NCBI GenBank assembly: GCA_900234795.1
Contig: LT962688.1
Span: 4,290,001 to 4,322,000, forward strand
Direction: 5' to 3'
DNA length: 32,000 nt
Source: Methylorubrum extorquens
GTDB lineage: Bacteria; Pseudomonadota; Alphaproteobacteria; Rhizobiales; Beijerinckiaceae
The notes below the pieces were generated by a model. It searched no databases. It had not been told where the DNA came from and worked only from the letters and a program-made list of their open reading frames with translations. Both the position numbers and the translations under genes were made by a program. Position 1 is the stretch's first letter, and every line of letters begins with the position of its first letter. Shown here one piece after another: positions 19,665 through 28,267 of this stretch.

Positions 19665-20194
19665 CAAGGATTCTCGCGTGAGGGTTTGACCGTCAGCGGC
19701 AGCCCGGCGACGGTGAGCACGACCCGGTCGGCCTCGCGCGCCAGCCGCTGGTGCAGCCGCCCGGCCGCATCGCGGAAGCGGCGGGCGAGGGCGTTGTCCG
19801 GCACGATGCCGAGGCCGACTTCGTTGGCCACCAGCACCAGCGGACCCGGCGCCGCGGCGCAGGCCCGTGCCAGGGCCTCGGTCGCCGCATCGAGATCGGC
19901 CTCGGCCAGCAGCAGGTTGGTGAGCCAGAGCGTGAGGCAATCGACCAGCACCGGCCCGGTCGCGGCAGCCACCGCCTCCGGCAGCGCCATCGGCACGTCG
20001 AGGGTGTGCCAGGAGCCGGAGCGCCGCGCCCGGTGCTCGGCGATGCGGACCCGCATCTCCTCGTCCCAGGCCTGCGCCGTGGCGATGTAGAGCCAGGGGG
20101 CGGGACAGGCCTCGATCAGCCGCTCGGCATAGGCGCTCTTGCCCGAGCGCGCACCGCCGAGCACCAGGGTCATCCGGGGGGCGGCCTGAAGCAT
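19664..20194 (-). CDS. cobP: Adenosylcobinamide kinase / adenosylcobinamide-phosphate guanylyltransferase
   Basis: Contains MTLVLGGARSGKSAYAE..YIATAQAWDEEMRVRIAEHRARR..LVDCLTLWLTN..LVLVANEVGLGIVP, which are CobP/CobU hallmarks. The start is uncertain: 20194 has the best Shine-Dalgarno, with 20173 and 20230 as alternatives. Confidence 0.85.
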   Translation of the reverse strand: MLQAAPRMTLVLGGARSGKSAYAERLIEACPAPWLYIATAQAWDEEMRVRIAEHRARRSGSWHTLDVPMALPEAVAAATGPVLVDCLTLWLTNLLLAEADLDAATEALARACAAAPGPLVLVANEVGLGIVPDNALARRFRDAAGRLHQRLAREADRVVLTVAGLPLTVKPSRENP

Positions 20195-20240
20195 CCGCAC
20201 CCTTTGCCTCAGGCGCCGCCAGCGCGTCAAAGCCAGTCTA

Positions 20241-20258
20241 TTGACAACGTGTTGTCAA
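20241..20258. promoter_or_regulatory. Candidate MarR operator: 8-2-8 inverted repeat TTGACAAC-GT-GTTGTCAA
   Basis: Perfect 8-bp arms, 18 bp upstream of the MarR ATG, in the 81-bp divergent gap towards cobP. The left arm contains a -35-like TTGACA. Confidence 0.45.
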
Positions 20259-20275
20259 ATCGGCAGCATATTGTC

Positions 20276-20767
20276 ATGAAACGGCCGGAACACGAGGCTG
20301 CGGACGCCGCGACGGCTCTGGTGCTGGAGATCTTCCGGTCTAGCGGCGCGCTGCTGGCCGCCGGCGACCGGCTGGTGGGGGATCTCGGCCTCACCAGCGC
20401 CCGCTGGCAGGTTCTGGGCGCCGTCGCGCTCGCGGCGCAGCCGCTGCCGGTCGCCCGCATCGCCCGCGACATGGGCATGACGCGCCAGGGCGTGCAGCGG
20501 ACGGTCAATGAGCTGGCGAAAGCGGGCCTCGTGAGCTTGGCGGACAATCCCCACCACCTGCGCGCCCGCCTCGTTCTCCTCACGCCCGCGGGTCGGGATG
20601 CCTACGCGGCGGCGGCGGTGCGGCAGGCGCCCTGGGCGGCTGCACTTGCCCGCGGTCTCGACCCTGCGGCGCTCGAGGCGGCCCGCACACTCGTGCGAAC
20701 CATCGGCGAGCGGGCCGGCGAACGCCGGAGCGGCGAACAACCGGGAGACCACGATGCTGATCGGTGA
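20276..20767 (+). CDS. MarR-family transcriptional regulator
   Basis: Winged-helix block LTSARWQVLGAVALAAQPLPVARIARDMGMTRQGVQRTVNELAKAGLVSLADNPHHLRARLVLLTPAG. ATG at 20276 is in frame with the over-long track ORF 19751..20767. Confidence 0.85.
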   Translation: MKRPEHEAADAATALVLEIFRSSGALLAAGDRLVGDLGLTSARWQVLGAVALAAQPLPVARIARDMGMTRQGVQRTVNELAKAGLVSLADNPHHLRARLVLLTPAGRDAYAAAAVRQAPWAAALARGLDPAALEAARTLVRTIGERAGERRSGEQPGDHDADR

Positions 20768-21176
20768 ACTCGCCCTCGTCGCGGCGGCGGCCTTTGCCGG
20801 CGCCGCGCTCTATGTCGGCTTCGTGGAGCATCCGGCCCGGCTGGTCCTCGGCCCGGCCTCCCAATTGCAGCAATGGCGCCCGAGCTATCGCCGCGCGACC
20901 CGGATGCAGGGCGGCTTGGCGCTGGCCGCCACCGCCCTCGGTCTGCTCGCCTGGGCGCGTACCGGCGATCCGCGATGGGGGCTCGGGGCGGCGCTCGCGC
21001 TCGCCAACTGGCCCTATACGATGCTGGCGATCATGCCGACCAACCGTGCCCTGCTCGCCGCATCGAGTGCCGATCCGGTCGTGGCGCCGCTGATGCAACG
21101 CTGGATCCGCCTGCACGCAGTCCGCAGCGGACTCGGTCTGGCGGCGGTGACGGCCTTCCTCTGGGCGCTGCGGTAA
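20754..21176 (+). CDS. DUF1772 (anthrone-oxygenase-like) membrane protein
   Basis: 140 aa with four hydrophobic segments and a ..LANWPYTMLAIMPTNRALL.. motif typical of DUF1772. The ATG overlaps the MarR 3' end by 14 nt, suggesting co-transcription. Confidence 0.7.
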   Translation: MLIGELALVAAAAFAGAALYVGFVEHPARLVLGPASQLQQWRPSYRRATRMQGGLALAATALGLLAWARTGDPRWGLGAALALANWPYTMLAIMPTNRALLAASSADPVVAPLMQRWIRLHAVRSGLGLAAVTAFLWALR

Positions 21177-21232
21177 TCGCGGCCGGTCCGGGACACGTTG
21201 TGCGTCCGTCCGCATCAGGCTATGACCGCTCC

Positions 21233-21406
21233 GTGACGGTGCCCCGGCAACGGGGTGAAAAGGGAATGCGGTGAGAGGTTTTCCAGAAGCCTCGATTCCG
21301 CGGCTGCCCCCGCAACTGTAAGCGGCGAGTTCCTGCCACGAGCCACCGGGTGATCCGGGAAGGCGGCAGGCACGATACCAGCCGCGAGCCAGGAGACCTG
21401 CCGTCC
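21233..21406 (+). promoter_or_regulatory. Cobalamin (B12) riboswitch
   Basis: Conserved elements occur in the canonical order: GGTGAAAAGGGAATGCGGTGAGA, GCTGCCCCCGCAACTGTAAGCGG (B12-box region), GCCACCGGG..CCGGGAAGGC, and AGCCAGGAGACCTGCC. A P1-like pairing joins GACGG (21235-21239) with CCGTC (21401-21405). It lies directly upstream of cbtB. Confidence 0.85.
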
Positions 21407-21460
21407 AGCGAAGTTTTGTTCTCGAACGCCGCCGGTGGGGCGGCCGGAGCTCGTGACCCG

Positions 21461-21643
21461 ATGACGACTGCGACCCTTCAGACCCAGGCCGCCACCACCC
21501 GTTCGGCCGAGGGCGCCCGCGCGCTCCTCGTCGCCGCCTTCCTCGGCCTCGGTCTCGTCTTCGTGGCGGGCTTTGCTCCGGCGAGCGTCCTGCACAACGC
21601 GGCGCACGATTTCCGCCACGCGCAGAACTTCCCCTGCCACTGA
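21461..21643 (+). CDS. cbtB: Cobalt transporter subunit CbtB
   Basis: 60 aa with a single TM and the characteristic C-terminus HNAAHDFRHAQNFPCH. It sits downstream of the B12 riboswitch and upstream of cbtA. Confidence 0.8.
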   Translation: MTTATLQTQAATTRSAEGARALLVAAFLGLGLVFVAGFAPASVLHNAAHDFRHAQNFPCH

Positions 21644-21673
21644 TCCGCGCATCCAGCGGCTTCAAGCAGTTCC

Positions 21674-22441
21674 ATGATCATCCGGTTGCTGTCGGCGGCG
21701 CTCGTCGCCGGCTTCCTCGCGTCCGTCGTCGCGACGGGCCTGCAGCTCACGCTGACCTCCCCGCTGATCCTTCAGGCGGAGACCTTTGAAGGCGAGGGCG
21801 CGCATGCCGCCCTCGCGCCCTCCCGCGATGAGACCTCCTTCGCCGCTCTGATCGTCCCGGCCCACGCGCATGCGCATGGCGAGGGCGGACACGATCACGG
21901 CAAGGCCGACGCGTGGCAGCCCGCGCCGGGCCTTCAGCGGATGGCCTTCACCGGTCTCGCCACGCTGGTCGGCGGCGTCGGCTACGCGCTGCTGCTCGCG
22001 GCGGTAATGCTGGCGCTGCGCCGCGAGCCGACCCCGCAGGGCGGACTCGTCGTCGGCATCGCCGGCTTCCTCGCGGTGGTCCTCGCCCCGGCCATCGGCC
22101 TGCCGCCGGAACTGCCGGGTATGGGCGCCGCGCCGCTTGTGCTGCGCCAGTCGTGGTGGCTGATGACGGTGGTGGCGACCGGGCTCGGCCTCTACCTGAT
22201 CGCCGTGCGGCGGGTGCCGCTGACGATCCTCGGTGGCCTCGTGCTCATCGTCGCGCCGCATCTCGCGGGCGCGCCGCAATCGATCGACACCGTCTCCTCG
22301 CAGGTGCCGCCGGCCACGGCCGCGCAGTTCGCTGCGCGCGCGCTCGCCATCGGCTTCGTGTTCTGGGCGGTGATCGGGCTCGCCTATGGCTGGGCCTGGG
22401 GGCTGTTCGGCCGCGAGGCGGGTGCCCGTGCGAATGCCTGA
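21674..22441 (+). CDS. cbtA: Cobalt transporter subunit CbtA
   Basis: 255-aa multi-TM protein with a His-rich loop (PAHAHAHGEGGHDHG), in the typical cbtB-cbtA arrangement in a cobalamin locus. Confidence 0.8.
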   Translation: MIIRLLSAALVAGFLASVVATGLQLTLTSPLILQAETFEGEGAHAALAPSRDETSFAALIVPAHAHAHGEGGHDHGKADAWQPAPGLQRMAFTGLATLVGGVGYALLLAAVMLALRREPTPQGGLVVGIAGFLAVVLAPAIGLPPELPGMGAAPLVLRQSWWLMTVVATGLGLYLIAVRRVPLTILGGLVLIVAPHLAGAPQSIDTVSSQVPPATAAQFAARALAIGFVFWAVIGLAYGWAWGLFGREAGARANA

Positions 22442-22892
22442 TCCCGATACCGCCATCCTGTCGGTCTGCACCACCTGTCGCGCGGCGGGCGATGTCTCCG
22501 AGCCGCGCGCCGGGGCCAAGCTGCTGGCCGCGCTGCTGGCGGAGGCCGGGCGCGAGCCCGTGCCGGGCCTGACGATCGAGGGTGCCGAGTGCCTCTCGGT
22601 CTGCAAGCGGCCCTGCACCGTCGCGGTCGTCTCGCCCGACCGCTGGACCTACGTCTACGGCGACTTCGACGCGCTCGAAGACCCCGACACCTCCGCCCGA
22701 ACCCTTCTGGCGGGCCTGCGTCGCTACCTCGAGACCCCCGACGGCGTCGTGCCCTGGCGCGAGCGCCCGGAGGCGTTTCGCAAGGGCGTCGTTGCCCGCA
22801 TCCCGCCGCTCAGAGTTCCTCACGAAACTCCTGGACAGGAGTTTCGTGAGAGACACTCAGCTGGCCCCGAACCGGAAGTCTCAGAGCCATGA
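22434..22892 (+). CDS. DUF1636 metal-binding (thioredoxin-like, Cys-cluster) protein
   Basis: The motifs SVCTTCR and ECLSVCKRPCTVAV are typical of DUF1636 proteins found in cob clusters. ATG 22434 overlaps the cbtA stop, and the stop overlaps the cobW ATG (ATGA). The last roughly 25 codons run through a 15-bp palindrome and may be a secondary extension. Confidence 0.7.
   Translation: MPDPDTAILSVCTTCRAAGDVSEPRAGAKLLAALLAEAGREPVPGLTIEGAECLSVCKRPCTVAVVSPDRWTYVYGDFDALEDPDTSARTLLAGLRRYLETPDGVVPWRERPEAFRKGVVARIPPLRVPHETPGQEFRERHSAGPEPEVSEP
22819..22850. repeat. Perfect 15-bp inverted repeat CTCACGAAACTCCTG-GA-CAGGAGTTTCGTGAG
   Basis: Read directly from the sequence. It is relatively AT-rich for this window and sits 39 nt upstream of the cobW start, inside the tail of the DUF1636 ORF. 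Confidence 0.6.
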
Positions 22893-23923
22893 GCCTCGTG
22901 GACAAGATCCCCTGCACCATCGTCACCGGCTTCCTCGGAGCCGGCAAGACGACGCTCGTGCGCCACACCGTCGAGAACGCCCGCGGGCGCCGCCTTGCCA
23001 TCATCGTCAACGAGTTCGGCGATCTCGGCTTCGACGGCTCGTTCCTCGCCGCCTGCGGCATCGAGGGCTGCAACGAGGATTCGGTGGTGGAGCTGCCCAA
23101 CGGCTGCATCTGCTGCACCGTGGCCGACGATTTCGTGCCGGCGCTGACCAAGCTGCTCGACCGGCCCGAGCCGCCGGAGCACATCCTGATCGAGACCTCC
23201 GGCCTCGCCCTGCCCAAGCCCCTGGTCCAGGCGTTCCAGTGGCCGGCGATCCGCTCGCGGGTCACCGTGGACGGCGTGGTCGCGGTGGTGGACGGCCCGG
23301 CGGTCGCCGCAGGGATGTTCGCCGAGGACCCCGACGCGCTTGCGAACCAGCGCGCGGCGGACCAATCGGTCGATCACGACAATCCGCTGGAGGAGGTGTT
23401 CGAGGACCAGATCCTCTGCGCCGACCTCGTGGTGGTCAACAAGGCCGACCTGCTCGACGCGGCGGGCCGCGACAAGGTCCGCGCCGACATCCAGGCGCAC
23501 CTGCCCCGCGCGGTCGAGATCGTCGAGACCGAGCACGGCCGGCTCGACCCGCGTGTGCTGCTCGGCATCGCGGCGGCGGCCGAGGACGACCTCGACGCCC
23601 GTCCCTCGCATCACGGCGAGGGCGAGGATCACGACCACGACGATTTCGAATCGGTCGCGATCCCCGTCGGCATCGCCGGCAGCCCGGAAGATCTGTCCGC
23701 CCGCGTCGAGAAGGCGGCCGAGACCGAGGGCGTGCTGCGGATCAAGGGCTTTGCCGAAGTGAAGGGCAAGCCGATGCGTCTCGTGGTGCAGGGTGTCGGC
23801 CGGCGCGTCGCCTCCCATTACGACCGCCCGTGGAAGGGCTCGGAGCCCCGTGACGGACGCCTCGTCGTCATCGGCCTGAAGGGCTTCGATCAGGACGCGG
23901 TCGCCGCCGCCCTGCGCGGATGA
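22889..23923 (+). CDS. cobW: Cobalamin biosynthesis GTPase CobW (COG0523 metallochaperone)
   Basis: Contains TIVTGFLGAGKTTLV, the CxCC motif GCICCTV, and a His/Asp-rich stretch SHHGEGEDHDHDDFES. 344 aa. Confidence 0.9.
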   Translation: MSLVDKIPCTIVTGFLGAGKTTLVRHTVENARGRRLAIIVNEFGDLGFDGSFLAACGIEGCNEDSVVELPNGCICCTVADDFVPALTKLLDRPEPPEHILIETSGLALPKPLVQAFQWPAIRSRVTVDGVVAVVDGPAVAAGMFAEDPDALANQRAADQSVDHDNPLEEVFEDQILCADLVVVNKADLLDAAGRDKVRADIQAHLPRAVEIVETEHGRLDPRVLLGIAAAAEDDLDARPSHHGEGEDHDHDDFESVAIPVGIAGSPEDLSARVEKAAETEGVLRIKGFAEVKGKPMRLVVQGVGRRVASHYDRPWKGSEPRDGRLVVIGLKGFDQDAVAAALRG

Positions 23924-24816
23924 ACCGGGGCGAGGCCGCAGGCCGGCGGCCGCGCGGGCTCTGGCTCGCGGTCCCCGTCCTCGTCCTGCTCGCCGGCTGT
24001 TCCGACAGCGGGCGCGAGGCGGACGGGGCGATGCGGATGGCCCAAGCCCCTGCGCCCGCGCCCTTCGTCTCCGCCGCGCGTGACGGAAGCGCGGCCAAGC
24101 TCGCCTATCGCCACGACCTCACCGTCGGCCTCGGGCCGGACCGGGTGGCGCCGCACTTCGCCGCCGCCCGCGACCGCTGTCTCAACGAAGCTGCGACCTG
24201 CACGCTGCTGAATTCCTCGATCCGGGACGGCAACGGCGCGAGCCCGCCGCAGGCGCAGATCGAGGTGCGGCTGCCGCATGCCGCGGTCGCTCCTTACGTC
24301 GCCTTCGTCACCGGTCCGCTGCCGGGCGAGGCGGCGGGCGACGTCGTGCTGATCGAGCAGGCGACCCGCGCCGAGGATCTGACGGCCTCGATTGCCGATA
24401 CCGGCCGCCGCCTCGCACAGCTCAACGATTACCGCACCCGCCTGACCGCGCTCGCCGAGAAGCCGGACAACCGGGCCGAGGATCTGATCAAGATCGCGGG
24501 CGAGCTGGCGCAGATTCAGAGCCAGATCGAGGAGGCGGAGGGGACGCGCCGCGGGCTCGACGAGCGCGTGGACACCGAGATCGTCACGGTGGACTTCCGC
24601 ACCAGCCGGGCGCGGGCCGGCGCCTTCGCCCCGGTGCAGGAGGTCTGGGCCCGCAGCGGCCCGATCCTCGGCGAGAGCGCGGCCTCGGCCCTCCGCTTCA
24701 CCGTCGCGAGCCTGCCCTGGCTGCCGATTGTCCTTTTTGCCGCCTTGCTCCTCCGGCTGGTCTGGCGCATCCGGCGCAAGCGGGCCCATCCGGCGCGCGT
24801 CCCGTTGGAGCCGTGA
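23920..24816 (+). CDS. DUF4349-like lipoprotein with C-terminal membrane anchor
   Basis: Lipobox LLAG|C and a central coiled-coil block (EDLTASIADTGRRLAQLNDYRTRLTALAEKPDNRAEDLIKIAGELAQIQSQIEEAEG..VDTEIVTVDF) that matches the DUF4349 pattern as I recall it. There is a C-terminal TM (LPWLPIVLFAALLLRLVW). The ATG overlaps the cobW stop (ATGA). Confidence 0.65.
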   Translation: MNRGEAAGRRPRGLWLAVPVLVLLAGCSDSGREADGAMRMAQAPAPAPFVSAARDGSAAKLAYRHDLTVGLGPDRVAPHFAAARDRCLNEAATCTLLNSSIRDGNGASPPQAQIEVRLPHAAVAPYVAFVTGPLPGEAAGDVVLIEQATRAEDLTASIADTGRRLAQLNDYRTRLTALAEKPDNRAEDLIKIAGELAQIQSQIEEAEGTRRGLDERVDTEIVTVDFRTSRARAGAFAPVQEVWARSGPILGESAASALRFTVASLPWLPIVLFAALLLRLVWRIRRKRAHPARVPLEP

Positions 24817-24829
24817 GGGCGCCCGCGCC

Positions 24830-27800
24830 ATGCACCTGATCCGCCTCGATACGGTCTCCCTCGACGAGGGCGAGGCGGCGGTCGATCTCGGCCAGAGCCC
24901 GGGCGAGATCGTCTTTCTGTCGTTCACCGATACCGACCTCGCGGCTGTCGCGCGCGCGCATGCGGCCGAGCCCGGCCTGCCGTCGCTGCGGCTCGCCAAG
25001 ATGGCGCAGCTGCGCCACCCGATGTCGGTCGATCTCTACGTCGATGCGGTGATCGCCCGCGCCAAGGTCTGCGTGATCCGCTGCCTCGGCGGGCTCGACT
25101 ATTGGCGCTACGGCATCGAGCGGGCTGCCGCGACGGCACGGGCGCAGGGGGTCAAACTTGCGGTTTTGCCCGGCGACGACCGGCCGGACCCGCGCCTCGA
25201 CGCCTTCTCGACCGTGCCGCCCGAGACCTGCATCCGCCTCGACGCCTATTTTCGCGCGGGCGGCCTGGAGAACCTGAAGAACCTGCTGCGCCGCCTCGCG
25301 GCGGAGGCCGGGGGCGCCTTCGAGCCCGCGCCGCCGAAGGCGTTGCCGCGCGGCTTCGCGTGGTGCCCCGGCTGCGGGCCCGTCGCGCTCGAGACGGCGA
25401 TGCGGGCCGCCGGGCCGGGGCCGCTGGCGCTGCTGCTGGTCTACCGCTCGGCGGTGCTCTCCGGCGAGACGGCGCCGGCCCTGCAGCTGGCCGCCGCGCT
25501 GAGTGAGCGCGGCATCGGCAGCGTCACCCTCGCGGTGTCGAGCCTGAAGGACCCGGAGGCCGTGGCGAGCTTGCGCGCGGCGCTCGCCCTGCGCCGGCCC
25601 GACATCGTGCTCGCTGCCACCGCCTTCTCCGCCCGCGACGATGCCGGCTTCGTGCTCGACGCCGCCGATTGCCCGGTGATCCAGGCCTACACGATCGGCG
25701 CGCCCCGCGACGCCTGGGCCGCCTTGGGCCGCGGCATGAACGCGTCCGACCTCGCCATGCAGGTGGCTTTGCCGGAATTCGACGGACGCCTCTCGGGCTT
25801 CCCGATCTCGTTCAAGGAGGAGGCCGCGGCGGTCGAGGGTTTTTCCGAGCGCCGCGCGGTGCCCGATCCCGCCGGCATCGCCGCTTTGGCCGAGCGCGCC
25901 ACCGCCTGGATCCGCCTGCGTCGAACGCCGCGCGAACAGCGCCGGCTGGCGATGGTGCTCTCCGATTACCCCCGCCCGCGGCGGCCGCGCCGGCTACGCG
26001 GTCGGCCTCGATACACCGGAAAGCGCCCGCGCCATCGCGGCCGACCTCGCCGCATCGGGCTTTGCCGCTGGGGCGCTGCCGGAGGCCGGTGCGCTGATGG
26101 CGTCGCTGACGGAGGGCGAGCCGGGCTTTTCGGTCTCGCTGGCCGATTACGCGGCGTGGTTCGAGGAGCTGCCGGAAGAGCGCCGGACGGAGCTGACCGA
26201 ACGCTGGGGCGCACCGGAGGCCGATCCGCTCTGCCGGGACGGGGCGTTCCGGTTCCGGATGGTGCGAGCCACAGATACCCCTCCCCCCTCTGCGGGGGAG
26301 GGTGCCTGCGGAGCAGGCGGGAGAGGGGCCGGCTCAGGTCTTTCCGGAAGCGGCGCTCCCCTCACCCGACCCCCTTCGGGGGCCACCCTCTCCCGCGGAG
26401 GGGAGAGGGATGAGAGTCTCACCCTCTTCCTCCAGCCCGATCGCGGCCGCGCCGCCGATCGCAAGGCCGGCTACCATGACCCCGACGAGCCGCCGACCCA
26501 CGCCTATCTCGCCTTCTACCTGGGCGTTCGGACAGCGTTCGACGCGCTGATCCATCTCGGCACCCACGGCACCACCGAGTGGCTGCCCGGCAAGGCGGTG
26601 GCGCTCTCAGGCGCGTGCTGGCCGGCGCTGGCCGTCGGGGCGCTGCCGGTGGTCTATCCGTTCATCGTCGACGATCCCGGCGAGGCCGCGCCGCTCAAGC
26701 GTCGGCTCGGCGGGATCGCACTGGGCCACCTCACCCCCACCATCGAGGCGGCCGGGCTCACCCCCCCGAGGCTGCGGCGCTGCGCGAACTGGTCGAGGAA
26801 TACTCCGCCGCGAGCGTGCTCGATCCGCGCCGGGCCGGGCTGATCGCCACGGCGATCCTCGACGAGGCAGCCTCCGCCGGCCTGCTCGCGGGCGCAGGGA
26901 TCGATGGCGACACGCCGATGGCCGACGCGCTGACGGCGCTCGACGCGCATCTGTGCGATCTGGGCGAGACCCCGTTCCGCGACGGCCTGCACGTCTTCGG
27001 CCGTGCACCCGCCGATGCCACCGAGCCGGTTCGCGCCAGTGCCGAGGCCGAGCGCGCCGCGCTCGCCGCTGCGCTCGACGGCCGCTTCGTTGCCCCGGGC
27101 CCCGCCGGCTCGCCCTCGCGCGGGCGCCTGGACGTGATGCCGACCGGCCGCAACCTGACGACCCTCGATCCGCGCGCCCTGCCGACCCGCGCCGCGACGA
27201 TGCTCGGCGCCAAAAAGCGGCGGACGCGGTGGTGCGCCGCTACCTTCAGGACGAGGGCGAGTACCCGGCCCGGATCGTCATGGATCTCTGGGCCTCGCCG
27301 ACGCTCCGCACGGGCGGCGAGGACGTGGCGCATGCGCTGGCCCTGATGGGCGTGCGCCCGGTCTGGGACCATGCCTCGACCCGTGTCACCGGCTTCGAGG
27401 TGCTGCCGCTGGCCCTCCTCGACCGGCCGCGCATCGACGTGACCTGCCGCGTCTCCGGCGCGTTCCGCGACACCTTTCCCGAGACTCTGGCGCTGCTCGA
27501 CCGCGCGGCCCGCGCCGTCGCCGCCCGCGAGGAGGAGGACGAGGAGAACCCGCTCGCCGCCGCCCGCCGCCGGGGCGAGTCCGCCGCCCGCATCTACGGC
27601 GCGGCCCCCGGCCGCTATGGCGCGGGCGCGGCCGAGACCGCGCTCGACGGCGCGTGGGAGGCGCGCACCGATCTCGGCACCGCCTATCTCGCCGCCACCA
27701 CCCACGCCTACGGCGACACGGAAGGCGCGGACGCGGATTTCGCCGCCCGCGTCGCGGCGGCGGACGCCTATGTCCACGCCTTCGACGTCGCCGAGCGCGA

Positions 27801-28267
27801 CCTGCTCGACGGCGATGCGGCCGCCGACGCCATGGGCGGGTTCTTTGCCGCCGCCGCGTCCGAAGGGGAGGGCGCCCGCGCTCTACAGCCTCGACGTCTC
27901 GAACCCGGAGGCGCCGCGCACCCGCACTGCCCGCGAGGACGTCGCCCGGCTGATCCGCGGCCGGCTCGGCCATCCGCGTTGGATCGCGGCGCAGCTCCGC
28001 CACGGCTACCGCGGCGCGCAGGAATTCGCACAAGGCATCGACGCGGTGTTCGTGCTCGCCGCCGCGACTGATGCGGTTTCGAGTCAGGATCTCGACCGGC
28101 TCTACGGCGCCTGGATCGCCGACCCGGAAACCTTCGATGCCCTGAAGGCAGCCAACCCCGAGGCGACCCGCGCCATCCTCGAGCGCTTCGATGAGTTGCG
28201 CGCCCGCGGCCTGTGGCAGAGCCGGCGCAACGCTGCCCCGGCCGATGCTTTGCTGGCCGCCGAATGA
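24830..28267 (+). pseudogene. cobN: Cobaltochelatase subunit CobN; as sequenced it has four frameshifts and a repeat-element insertion through which the frame stays open
   Basis: CobN sequence is recovered from five track ORFs in frames 2, 0, 2, 1, 2. Examples are ..VLSDYP|ARGGRAGYAVGLDTPES.., ..HLGTHGTTEWLPGK.., ..RLDVMPTGRN.., ..IVMDLWASPTLRTGGEDV.. and ..HPRWIAAQLRHGYRGAQEF... The switches are at C5 25969-25973, C7 26761-26767, A5 27212-27216 and G4 27865-27868. The net shift is zero. Confidence 0.9.
26278..26408 (+). repeat. 131-bp GC-rich MITE/REP-like element, copy B, inside the cobN coding sequence
   Basis: It is the reverse complement of 4165-4295 (5 substitutions plus 1 indel by hand alignment). 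It is translated in the cobN frame as ..TPPPSAGEGACGAGGRGAGSGLSGSGAPLTRPPSGATLSRGGERD.., between the conserved FRFRMVRA and LTLFLQPDRG blocks. Confidence 0.85.
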
